From Oscillospiraceae bacterium (GTDB lineage Bacteria > Bacillota > Clostridia > Oscillospirales > Ruminococcaceae), in the NCBI GenBank assembly GCA_051881875.1, contig JBJEQS010000128.1, positions 1-47,670 on the forward strand: a stretch of 47,670 nucleotides of DNA. Reading direction: 5' to 3'. The position numbers and the translations under genes are program-made. The notes under the pieces are model-generated. The model searched no databases and was not told the DNA's origin. It worked only from the letters and a program-made list of their open reading frames with translations. Positions within the stretch are counted from its first letter, which is position 1; the number at the start of each line of letters is the position of its first letter. Shown here piece after piece: positions 18,383 to 26,869 of the stretch.

Positions 18383-19450
18383 ATGGCAGACAGCGGTGAA
18401 AAAACCGAACAGCCTACCGCCAAAAAGCGGCAGGATGAACGAAAGGAAGGTAATGTCTTTCAAAGCAGGGAGATTAACACCATAGTTTCACTGGTGGCTG
18501 TATTTTACAGCTTCAAACTGCTTTATTCCCTTACAAGTTCACAGATTTTACAGTCAATAGAAAACTGCTTCAAATCCGCTGCGGATATATCTGTTCTGGG
18601 TTCATCCGAACTCTCAAAGCTTTTTTCTGACGGGCTTATAACTTTTGCTCTGGCATCTTTGCCAATACTCCTCATAGCCGCCATTTCAAATATAATCCCT
18701 GTTATTGCTCAGACAAAAGGTCTTGTATCATTTAAGTCGATAAAACCGAAATTCAGCAATATAAATCCTCTCAGCGGCATAAAAAAGATGTTTTCGCTTA
18801 AAAGCATGGTAGAACTTCTTAAATCCATAATAAAGATTACTGTGCTTATATATATTGTTTACAGTGAACTTAAAAAGAAAATTCCTGATTTTTACAAATT
18901 TATAGATATGGAACTTAGTGAGGTATGTGCCTATACTGGAAACTTATTTATGAGCATACTTGGAAAGCTGATAATAGCTTTTGTATTTATAGCGGCTCTT
19001 GATTATATTTATCAGAAATGGGAATATGAGAAAAATCTCAAAATGACCAAGCAGGAAGTAAAGGAAGAATATAAAAATACTGAAGGTGACCCGCAGATTA
19101 AGGGCAAAATCAAACAGAAACAGCGTGAGGCTTCACAGAGGCGTATGATGCAGGCTGTTCCCGAAGCCAATGTTGTTATCAGAAACCCTACTCACTATGC
19201 TGTTGCTCTGAAATATGAGCATGGACAGAATTCAGCACCGATTGTTGTTGCAAAAGGTAAGGACAATATAGCTTTGAAAATTATTGAAATTGCAGACGCA
19301 CATGATATTGTAATAGTAGAAAACAGACCTCTTGCAAGAGCATTATATGCTGAAGTTGAACTGGATAATGAAATTCCAAGCACTTACTATCAGGCAGTTG
19401 CCGAAGTAATCGCTTTTGTATACAGAGTCAAGGAAAAGGAACTGAAATAG
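18383..19450 (+). CDS. flhB: Flagellar export switch protein FlhB
   Basis: N-terminal GEKTEQPTAKKRQDERKEGNV. The autocleavage motif NPTH is present (VVIRNPTHYAVALKY). Confidence 0.95.
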   Translation: MADSGEKTEQPTAKKRQDERKEGNVFQSREINTIVSLVAVFYSFKLLYSLTSSQILQSIENCFKSAADISVLGSSELSKLFSDGLITFALASLPILLIAAISNIIPVIAQTKGLVSFKSIKPKFSNINPLSGIKKMFSLKSMVELLKSIIKITVLIYIVYSELKKKIPDFYKFIDMELSEVCAYTGNLFMSILGKLIIAFVFIAALDYIYQKWEYEKNLKMTKQEVKEEYKNTEGDPQIKGKIKQKQREASQRRMMQAVPEANVVIRNPTHYAVALKYEHGQNSAPIVVAKGKDNIALKIIEIADAHDIVIVENRPLARALYAEVELDNEIPSTYYQAVAEVIAFVYRVKEKELK

Positions 19451-19451
19451 A

Positions 19452-21512
19452 ATGAAAAAATTTTTAAAACTTATGAGCAATGCTGTTGCGGCATTTGTAA
19501 TACTGATAATATTTCTGCTTATCATACCGCTTCCGACCGCACTGCTCGACTTTATGTTCATAGTGCAGCTCGGTCTGTCGCTGATTATACTGCTTACTTC
19601 AATGTACATAAAAGAACCTCTCGAATTTTCAGTGTATCCTACAATGCTCCTTGTTACCACCATATTCCGACTCGGTCTTAACGTTTCATCAACACGTTCC
19701 ATACTTACAAATCAAGGGTATGCAGGCGAAGTTGTAAAGACATTCGGTCAGTTTGTTATCCGTGGAAATGTAATAGTCGGTCTTGTTGTATTCCTTATCA
19801 TCGTATTGGTACAGTTTCTTGTAATTACCAAAGGTTCAGAGCGTGTAGCTGAAGTATCTGCACGTTTCACACTTGACGCTATGCCGGGTAAACAGATGGC
19901 TATTGATGCTGACCTCAGCTCAGGTCTTATAGATGAGGCAACAGCAAGAATAAGACGTGAAAAAATTCAGCGTGAAGCGGACTTTTTCGGCTCAATGGAC
20001 GGTGCTTCCAAATTCGTTAAGGGCGACTCAATCATGTCGATTGTTGTAACGCTTATAAACCTTATAGGCGGTATAGTAATCGGTTTTGTCGAAAAGGTCG
20101 GAACATTTCAGGAAATTATGAATATATACACGATTGCCACTGTCGGCGATGGTCTTATGTCACAGATACCGGCACTGCTCATATCGGTTGCCACAGGTAT
20201 GATGGTTACACGTTCATCATCAGAGGACGATTTCAATACAGATTTCATAAGACAGTTCCGTTCACAGCCGCTTGCACTTATAATTGCAGGTGTGGCTCTT
20301 ATATGTCTTACATTCATAGGATTTCCGCCCTTGCAGACATTCCTTTTCTCAGCAATAATGATAGTCCTTGGAATACTTCTTCTGCGTCAGGCAAAGCCAA
20401 AGCCGCAGGAGGAAGAACAGCTTGCTCAGGAGCCTGTTGAGGAAATTACAAGCGAAGCTGTATATTACAGAAATATCGACAATCTCTATTCACTTCTCAA
20501 TGTTGAACTCATAAGAATAGATTTCGGATACAGTCTTATACCGATAGTCGATGAAAACAGCGGAGGAAGTTTCCTCGACAGAGTTGTAATGTTCAGAAAA
20601 CAGTATGCAAGCGAGATGGGCTTCATTATTCCGCCTGTTCAGCTAAAGGACAGCGGTGAACTCAATCCGAACCAGTATTCAATATGCCTGAAGGGAGAAG
20701 AAGTAGCAAGAGGAGATGTGCTTATAGACCATTACCTTGCACTTGCTCCGGGCGATGAGGATACCATTGACGGTATTGATACAATCGAACCGGCATTCGG
20801 CATAAAGGCTAAATGGATAAGTGAGGATAAGAAAGTAAGGGCAGAAATGCTCGGATATATGCTTATCGACCCGACTTCCGTTATAATAACACATCTTTCC
20901 GAGGTTATAAAGGCTCATGCATATGAACTGCTTAACCGTCAGGAAACAAACAATATGCTCAATAACCTTAGAAAAACAAATGAAGCTGTTGTAAATGAGG
21001 TTATTCCGGGAGTAATTACAGTAAGTGAACTTCAGAAAGTTCTCTGCCGTCTGCTTCAGGAGGGTATTCCGATAAAGGATATGGAAACAATCCTTGAAAC
21101 TCTTGGCGATTACGGCGTTAAGATAAAGGATACAGATATGCTTACCGAGTATGTAAGACAGGCTCTCAAAAGAACTATTTCACATAAATTCTCCGAGGCA
21201 GGTCAGATGAAAGTTGTAAGCCTTGACAGCAGTGTTGAAAATGCTATTATGGCATCAGTAAAGAAAGTTGACAGCGGTTCATATCTTGCACTTGACCAGT
21301 CCACTATTCAGAAAATCGTTCTGTCTGCCACTGAACAGATTGATAAGATTAAGGAGCTTGTTCAGATTCCTATCGTTATTACATCACCGGTTGTAAGAGT
21401 ATATTTTAAAAAACTCATAGACCAGTTCTATCCGAATGTTGTTGTAATCTCGTTCAATGAGATTGATTCAAATATTCAGGTTCAGGCGTTGGGAAATATA
21501 GCTATAAAATAG
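19452..21512 (+). CDS. flhA: Flagellar export gate protein FlhA
   Basis: 686 aa of the FHIPEP family (ARFTLDAMPGKQMAIDADL...GASKFVKGD). Confidence 0.96.
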   Translation: MKKFLKLMSNAVAAFVILIIFLLIIPLPTALLDFMFIVQLGLSLIILLTSMYIKEPLEFSVYPTMLLVTTIFRLGLNVSSTRSILTNQGYAGEVVKTFGQFVIRGNVIVGLVVFLIIVLVQFLVITKGSERVAEVSARFTLDAMPGKQMAIDADLSSGLIDEATARIRREKIQREADFFGSMDGASKFVKGDSIMSIVVTLINLIGGIVIGFVEKVGTFQEIMNIYTIATVGDGLMSQIPALLISVATGMMVTRSSSEDDFNTDFIRQFRSQPLALIIAGVALICLTFIGFPPLQTFLFSAIMIVLGILLLRQAKPKPQEEEQLAQEPVEEITSEAVYYRNIDNLYSLLNVELIRIDFGYSLIPIVDENSGGSFLDRVVMFRKQYASEMGFIIPPVQLKDSGELNPNQYSICLKGEEVARGDVLIDHYLALAPGDEDTIDGIDTIEPAFGIKAKWISEDKKVRAEMLGYMLIDPTSVIITHLSEVIKAHAYELLNRQETNNMLNNLRKTNEAVVNEVIPGVITVSELQKVLCRLLQEGIPIKDMETILETLGDYGVKIKDTDMLTEYVRQALKRTISHKFSEAGQMKVVSLDSSVENAIMASVKKVDSGSYLALDQSTIQKIVLSATEQIDKIKELVQIPIVITSPVVRVYFKKLIDQFYPNVVVISFNEIDSNIQVQALGNIAIK

Positions 21513-21595
21513 CATAAGATTTTTTCAGAATTATTTTGAATACAGGATTATTAAGCTGTTACATTAAAACAGTATAAACAGGGAGGTTTGTCCTG

Positions 21596-22381
21596 ATGGC
21601 AGAAAATATTAATGATGCAAAACTGTCTGATGATGAGTTTTATCAGATGCAGAAGAAATATAAAGAAACAGGCGATGTCAGGATACGCAATAATCTTGTC
21701 ATGCAGTACAGCTATATACCTAAAATGGCGGCTATGCAGATGAGAAGTCTTGCAGCAAGCTATGCTCAGGTTGATGATATGATTAATCAGGGAATGCTTG
21801 CCCTTATTGACAGTGTTGAACGATTCGATTATAATAAAGGTATAAAGTTTGAAGCATATGCTTTTATGAGAGTAAAAGGAAGTATAATCGACCTTATCAG
21901 AAAACAGGACTGGATTCCAAGACGTGTCAGAACTACAAAAAAGGAAATATCAAATACAATAAGCCAGTTAAGCAATGAATTAGGACGTGAACCGACTGAC
22001 GAGGAAATTGCTGCAAAAATGGGGATTACCGTTGAGAAACTTGCCAAGTATTATGAGGAAATTGCCGGCGGAGTAGTCTTTTCATTTGAGGAGCTTATCC
22101 AGAATGTTGCCCAGATGGGAAACGTATTTGATTCAGCTGTAAATGATGATATAACTCCGGAGAAAAGAATTCTGAAACAGGAACTAAGAGAACTGATAAA
22201 AGAGGCTCTTGACAGTCTTCCTGAACGTGACAGACTTGTTGTTACATTGTATTATTATGAAAATCTGACTTTATCTGAAATAGCACAGGTGCTTGATGTT
22301 ACCATACAGCGTGTTTCACAGATAAATTCAAGAGCAATTTTAAAAATCAAAAATAAATTAAAGGATTATATGGAAATTTAG
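21596..22381 (+). CDS. fliA: Flagellar sigma factor sigma-28 (FliA/SigD)
   Basis: 261 aa with sigma-70 regions 2, 3 and 4 (NLVMQYSYIPKMAA; RVKGSIIDLIRKQDWIPRRVR; LTLSEIAQVLDVTIQRVSQINSRAI). It lies directly after flhA, with no flhF or flhG between them. Confidence 0.9.
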   Translation: MAENINDAKLSDDEFYQMQKKYKETGDVRIRNNLVMQYSYIPKMAAMQMRSLAASYAQVDDMINQGMLALIDSVERFDYNKGIKFEAYAFMRVKGSIIDLIRKQDWIPRRVRTTKKEISNTISQLSNELGREPTDEEIAAKMGITVEKLAKYYEEIAGGVVFSFEELIQNVAQMGNVFDSAVNDDITPEKRILKQELRELIKEALDSLPERDRLVVTLYYYENLTLSEIAQVLDVTIQRVSQINSRAILKIKNKLKDYMEI

Positions 22382-22397
22382 AAAGGAGAATTTTTTT

Positions 22398-23141
22398 ATG
22401 CTTGCCGGATTTTATACTGCAGCGTCAGGTCTGCTTGTTCAGCAGAGAAATATCAATGTTATCGGCAATAATATAACAAATGCTGAAACACCCGGTTATC
22501 GTACAGAACGTGCTGTTATGAGCACTTTTGACCAAGAATATCTTGTGAGGGTTCATGACAACGGAATAAAGACATATGTAGGCACAGGCTCTCCTGTAAG
22601 TCTTGTTGACGATATTCCTGTAAATTATGACGGAAGCTCTTTAAAGGAAACTGAAAATCCTTTTGACCATGCCATAGTAGGTGAGGGATACTTCAATATT
22701 CAGGGTGCAGAACGTGAATATATGACAAGAAATGGAAATTTTAATGTTGATACAGAGGGATACCTCGTTCTTGAAGGAGTCGGCAGAGTTATAGGTCAGG
22801 ACGGATTTATTAATGTCGGAGGCTCTGATTTTACAGTTGATACACATGGCGTTGTATACGATGCAGACCATAATCAGCTGGGTACTCTTAAAATTACCAT
22901 GCCTGAAAATGAACCAGACCTTGTAAAGTATAACAATGCATTGTTCATATGTACAGGAAATACAAGAAATGCTGAAAATTATTCTGTATATCAGTTCTGT
23001 CAGGAACGTTCAAACCTTGATGTAAATCAGGAATATACAAGGCTTATTGAGGCTCAGAGTGCTTTCAAGGCTTGCAGTACAGCTTTGACTATCGTTGATA
23101 CAATGAATGCAAAAGCTGCTCAGCTTGCAAGTATTACATAG
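22398..23141 (+). CDS. flgF: Flagellar distal/proximal rod protein, FlgF/FlgG family (paralogue 1)
   Basis: N-terminal FYTAASGLLVQQRNINVIGNNITNAETPGYR and C-terminal NLDVNQEYTRLIEAQSAFKACSTAL. It starts 16 nt after fliA. The F-versus-G assignment is tentative. Confidence 0.85.
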   Translation: MLAGFYTAASGLLVQQRNINVIGNNITNAETPGYRTERAVMSTFDQEYLVRVHDNGIKTYVGTGSPVSLVDDIPVNYDGSSLKETENPFDHAIVGEGYFNIQGAEREYMTRNGNFNVDTEGYLVLEGVGRVIGQDGFINVGGSDFTVDTHGVVYDADHNQLGTLKITMPENEPDLVKYNNALFICTGNTRNAENYSVYQFCQERSNLDVNQEYTRLIEAQSAFKACSTALTIVDTMNAKAAQLASIT

Positions 23142-23600
23142 CGGCGGCGAGTCGCCGCTTCCGGTGTTTAGTCAATATTTTTCTTTGTGGTGGTCAATAA
23201 TATGAACTTACCTGACAAATAACCATATATCAGCATAAAAGCGGTCGGGTAGGTAAAAAGTTTATCAATAAAGATAAGTAACGAAATTGCCAGCGGCGGC
23301 TTGCCGCAAGTTTGTGCGGACACAGTTCGCAAATTTGCTGATATTTAACGTAAGTTTGACAACCAAAAGAAAAAGTTTTGGTCAAGCTTTTTCAAAAGCT
23401 TGCAGTTTCCAAAGGCAGAGCCTTTGGTCGCTCGAATGAGCGAAATGGGGGTGCGGGGGCGGCAGCCCCTGCCTTTAAAGGCGTTCAAAAAAGTTTTTTG
23501 TCAAACTTTTTCCAAAAAAAGTTTGTGCGGACGCAGTTCGCAGAACAGAAACAATAAAATTCCCAGTAAACCATAACTGGCGACTATACAGAAAAAGTTT
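23142..23600 (+). repeat. Composite array of short hairpin repeats (copy B, the most complete)
   Basis: A chain of at least 9 short palindromes, including GCGGCG..CGCCGC, CCAAAAG..GTTTTGG, CAAGCTTTTT-C-AAAAGCTTG, CCAAAGGCAGAGCCTTTGG, CGCTCGAATGAGCG, GGGGC..GCCCC, CAAACTTTTT..AAAAAGTTTG and GCGGACGCAGTTCGC. Its sub-modules recur at 1-111, 24880-24953, 43814-43900 (inverted) and 47589-47670. Confidence 0.85.
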
Positions 23601-23624
23601 TACAAGATAAAGGAAACATTAATT

Positions 23625-24098
23625 ATGAAAAAAAGTTTTTTATTGTTACTTGCAGTAATATCATTGTGTGCCTGCGGAAAAGAGGATACTGTAAAGCCTG
23701 AAGCAAATCAACAGACAGATACACAGATTCAGTCCGAAGTACAGCCGCAGGAGAAAGGCTGTAAAATCAGCGGCTCTTTTACCGTTACTGTTCATGAAGT
23801 GATTCCTGATTATGGTGTTGATAGTGATATTCCGGGTGTTGCTGTTGTAACAGAATTTCAGAGTCATCCTTTTACTATTCGTGTAGGCGAGGAAATTGGC
23901 AAAAAACTTATTGATGAACAGGCTGATAATGTTTTTGTGTTTACAATAGAGCCAATCGAAGTGGATTGCAGTAAAGAAGATGTACAAAAAATGGAGCTTT
24001 CTTCTATCGTGTGGGAATTCCCTGTCAAAATCACAGATTACAGACCGGCAGAGGAAAATGAACTTGGACTTGAAAGTCTTCATTTAACTATCGAATAG
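23625..24098 (+). CDS. Predicted lipoprotein of unknown function, embedded between the two rod genes
   Basis: Signal peptide plus lipobox (MKKSFLLLLAVISLCAC|GKE). The RBS is AAGGAAA. The antisense ORF 23661..24083 has the Phe/Ile/Cys/Arg-rich composition of a shadow ORF. Confidence 0.7.
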   Translation: MKKSFLLLLAVISLCACGKEDTVKPEANQQTDTQIQSEVQPQEKGCKISGSFTVTVHEVIPDYGVDSDIPGVAVVTEFQSHPFTIRVGEEIGKKLIDEQADNVFVFTIEPIEVDCSKEDVQKMELSSIVWEFPVKITDYRPAEENELGLESLHLTIE

Positions 24099-24129
24099 CA
24101 ACTAAAATAACGAAAGGTTGATTTTTTAT

Positions 24130-24879
24130 ATGAATATTGCATTTTATACAGGTGCATCGGGACTTAGAGCCTATCAGAACGGCGTCAATGTTATATCTCA
24201 CAATATAGCCAATATCGGAACAGCAGGCTATAAAAGCACTAATTCTGCTTTCAGAGAGCTGGTTTACAGCAATATGGATACAAATATAAATCGTGAACTT
24301 GATGAAGATGATAAAAACAAAGTAGGTCATGGAGTTAAGTTTTCAGGTCAGGATATGATTTTCAGTCAGGGCAATCTTCAGTCATCAGAGTATCCGCTTG
24401 ATTTTGCTATAGCAGGCGACTGCCTTTTTCAGATTGAGCGTGATGGAAGAATTGAATATACAAGAAACGGTCAGTTCGATATAAGTGTTGAAGGTGACGG
24501 AAATTATCTTGTTACTGAAGACGGTGCTTATGTTATGGATAAGTATGGCAATCATATGAAAGTTATGTATGATGAATATGGACATATTTTAAACAGCGAT
24601 ATGGCTGATGAGTTCGGTCTTTATAAGTTTGATAATCCTTATGGTCTTTATCGTACAAATCATTCAAGCTTTCTGGTAAGTGATATTTCAGGCGAACCGC
24701 AGAGAATTGACCCTGACCATGAAAACAGAATTTATCCGAATGCTTATGAAAATTCAAATGTAAATCTTGCAAAGGAAATGTCCGACCTTATCGTTACTCA
24801 GAAATCATATCAGTTCAGTGCAAAGGTTGTACAGGTTGCTGATGAAGTAGAGGAAATTGTAAATACTCTCAGAAAATAG
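24130..24879 (+). CDS. flgG: Flagellar distal rod protein FlgG family (paralogue 2)
   Basis: The ATG at 24130 follows GAAAGG. N-terminal MNIAFYTGASGLRAYQNGVNVISHNIANIGTAGYK and C-terminal NVNLAKEMSDLIVTQKSYQFSAKVV. Confidence 0.88.
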   Translation: MNIAFYTGASGLRAYQNGVNVISHNIANIGTAGYKSTNSAFRELVYSNMDTNINRELDEDDKNKVGHGVKFSGQDMIFSQGNLQSSEYPLDFAIAGDCLFQIERDGRIEYTRNGQFDISVEGDGNYLVTEDGAYVMDKYGNHMKVMYDEYGHILNSDMADEFGLYKFDNPYGLYRTNHSSFLVSDISGEPQRIDPDHENRIYPNAYENSNVNLAKEMSDLIVTQKSYQFSAKVVQVADEVEEIVNTLRK

Positions 24880-24953
24880 CGGCAAGTTTCCGTCTGATGA
24901 AATTCAATGTAAGCCACAGCGGGCGACCGGTGGTCGCCCCTACAAAAATAAAA
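24880..24953 (+). repeat. Hairpin-mosaic repeat, copy C
   Basis: CTGATGAAATTCAATGTAAGCCACAGCGGGCGACCGGTGGTCGCCCCTACAAAAATAAAA aligns with 51-111 at about 85% identity by eye, in the same orientation. Confidence 0.8.
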
Positions 24954-24986
24954 TAGTCAAATTTATAAGGGAGGAGGAACTGCTTT

Positions 24987-26399
24987 ATGGCTGATATGCT
25001 TAAAATCACAACACCTATTGCAAATAAAAATTTAATACATCATACAAATGATGCAAGAAATATTGACGGTGTAGGCTTCAATATGCAGGATACCACCAAA
25101 GTAGTCAAATCCTCGCCCGATTCAGAACTGCTCGGACAGAATAACAGCTTTTTTGATGACGGAGCTCCGAAACTCCTTCTTGATATGCTGAAAGACCCGG
25201 CTGTTACAGTTACATTTCTTAAAAACATATTTTCGCTTCAGGAAATGCTCACTTTGATGCCGCTGAAAAATAATCCTGTTACTGAAGAACTGGAGCATCT
25301 TTTTGATGGTCTTATGCTTAATCCGGAGCAGATTGCTTCAGAGATGAAAAATCAGGAAAATAATGCGACTGCATTCAAAGGAGAATTATTCGATTTTCTC
25401 AGAAATATTACCACTGAAAATCAAAGCCCTGAAATGAGAAATGCAGTTGCCAATCTTCTCAAATCAATAAGCTGCGAATCAAGTCGTGATGAAATTTTAA
25501 GCTCAATATGCAATGGTCTGAAATTTCTTGCAGATGGTTTTGAGGGAAGTGCAACGCTTACTGACAGAATGAATGTTCTTGCAGAAAAATTCAGTAATCC
25601 TGAGGAGGCAGGCAAAAATTTCAATGTACTGAAAAAGGAAGTTGCCGAGCTTATGGACGATGCTGAGAAAAGTGTGCTTTTTTCGGAAAAGTTATCAAAG
25701 ATGGTCAATATTGTAAGATACAACCTTACACGATACAATACAAACGATAATTTTACAAATGATGCCGCAAGAAGCCTTTTAAGACTTTTAAGCAATCGTC
25801 AGGACAAATCATATTTTGTGGAACTGCTGAGGAATTTTACAGGAAAGGATAATGCTGCGGCTGAAAATATGGAAAGCTCCAAAGTAATGGACGCTCTTGT
25901 TGAAATAATAAGCAGGCAGGCAAATGAGGCGGGTTCGCAGGTTATCAATTCCGATAAGATTGATAAAATAATCGAAAGTCTGCTTTCATCTCCATGCAAT
26001 TTCACTCCTCTGCTTCATTTTGTTATCCCTGTTGAAGATATGGATATGAAAGCTTTCGCTGAGATATGGATTAATTCGGAGGAAGATGAGGAGAAGAAAT
26101 CCTCTGGCGGCAGCGTCAGAAATAATACCCATATGCTTATTGTTTTTGATATTGAGAGTATAGGTCAGTTTGAAATGGAACTGTTTGTAAATGACAAGAA
26201 TATTTCCATGTCATTGCTCTGTCCGAAAGAGTATTATGATGACTTTAAGGATTCAGCAAAAAGCTTCAATGAATGTATCAGTTTTTCAGATTACAGATTT
26301 AAGGAGATAAGAGTTGACAAGCGTGAACATCAGCGTTCACTGATTGAGGTATTCAAAACTCTCCCTTATAAAAGGACTGGTGTAAATGTCAAAATCTAA
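24987..26399 (+). CDS. Uncharacterised 470-aa protein with a FliK-C-terminal-like (Flg_hook-like) end
   Basis: RBS GGGAGGAGG. The body is largely helical. The C-terminal MLIVFDIESIGQFEMELFVNDKNISMSLLCPKEYYDDFKDSAKSFNECISFSDYRFKEIRV matches the hydrophobic/Gly pattern of this locus's FliK segment FTIKLNPDGLGEITVTIIKHDNSSILTLSASETKTAEILNSNMKVLQENLKYLNIEIADVQV. Confidence 0.5.
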   Translation: MADMLKITTPIANKNLIHHTNDARNIDGVGFNMQDTTKVVKSSPDSELLGQNNSFFDDGAPKLLLDMLKDPAVTVTFLKNIFSLQEMLTLMPLKNNPVTEELEHLFDGLMLNPEQIASEMKNQENNATAFKGELFDFLRNITTENQSPEMRNAVANLLKSISCESSRDEILSSICNGLKFLADGFEGSATLTDRMNVLAEKFSNPEEAGKNFNVLKKEVAELMDDAEKSVLFSEKLSKMVNIVRYNLTRYNTNDNFTNDAARSLLRLLSNRQDKSYFVELLRNFTGKDNAAAENMESSKVMDALVEIISRQANEAGSQVINSDKIDKIIESLLSSPCNFTPLLHFVIPVEDMDMKAFAEIWINSEEDEEKKSSGGSVRNNTHMLIVFDIESIGQFEMELFVNDKNISMSLLCPKEYYDDFKDSAKSFNECISFSDYRFKEIRVDKREHQRSLIEVFKTLPYKRTGVNVKI

Positions 26400-26679
26400 A
26401 AGGAATAAAGCGGTTGCTCTTAAATATAATGCGGAAAAGGATAAAGCTCCGATTGTAATTGCTTCCGGATATGGTACAATTGCTGACAAGATAATTGATA
26501 TTGCGGAAAATAATGGAATACCTGTGTTCAGAGATGACAGTGCAGCATCAATGATGTGTATGCTTGAGGTGGGAACGACAATCCCTCCTGAACTCTATGA
26601 GGTAGTTGCTGCTATTTATTGTCAGCTGCTTAAAACATCTGCCGATATTAAAAACAGAGAAAAATTACGAAAAAAATAA
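26386..26679 (+). CDS. Stand-alone FlhB C-terminal (FlhB-CC) domain protein, FlhX/YlqH-like, without an NPTH site
   Basis: KAVALKYNAEKDKAPIVIASGYGTIADKIIDIAENNGIPVFRDDSAASMMCMLEVGTTIPPELYEVVAAIYCQL aligns with FlhB residues just after NPTH (YAVALKYEHGQNSAPIVVAKGKDNIALKIIEIADAHDIVIVENRPLARALYAEVELDNEIPSTYYQAVAEVIAFV). Its ATG overlaps the upstream gene by 14 nt. Confidence 0.85.
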   Translation: MSKSKRNKAVALKYNAEKDKAPIVIASGYGTIADKIIDIAENNGIPVFRDDSAASMMCMLEVGTTIPPELYEVVAAIYCQLLKTSADIKNREKLRKK

Positions 26680-26708
26680 ATTTATGAAAAAATTTTTTAT
26701 AAATCCTA

Positions 26709-26737
26709 TTTACTTAGCATTTTTCTTTGTGTATAAT
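26709..26737 (+). promoter_or_regulatory. Candidate sigma-A promoter for the PilZ gene
   Basis: TTTACT (26709-26714), a 17-nt spacer, then TATAAT (26732-26737), in an AT-rich gap. Confidence 0.35.
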
Positions 26738-26869
26738 GTTATTAGATAAACTTTATATTTTATATCAAAAATCTGCTATAATATTGTATAAAGTATATTT
26801 AAAAAGGCATAATAATCCATTTGCTTTATAAAAAACTATACATTTAATATGAAAGGAGGAGTATAATTT

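Noticed and set aside
23142-23624. CRISPR array, MITE or IS remnant
   Set aside because: The hairpins differ from one another and have no constant repeat or spacer periodicity, so this is not CRISPR. I saw no terminal inverted repeats, target-site duplication, or transposase or cas genes anywhere in the window. I therefore treat them as REP/BOX-like hairpin repeats.
23661-24083. 140-aa minus-strand ORF opposite the lipoprotein gene
   Set aside because: The plus-strand frame has an RBS, a textbook signal peptide and lipobox, and a balanced composition. The minus frame is Phe/Cys/Arg/Ile-rich and has no start context.
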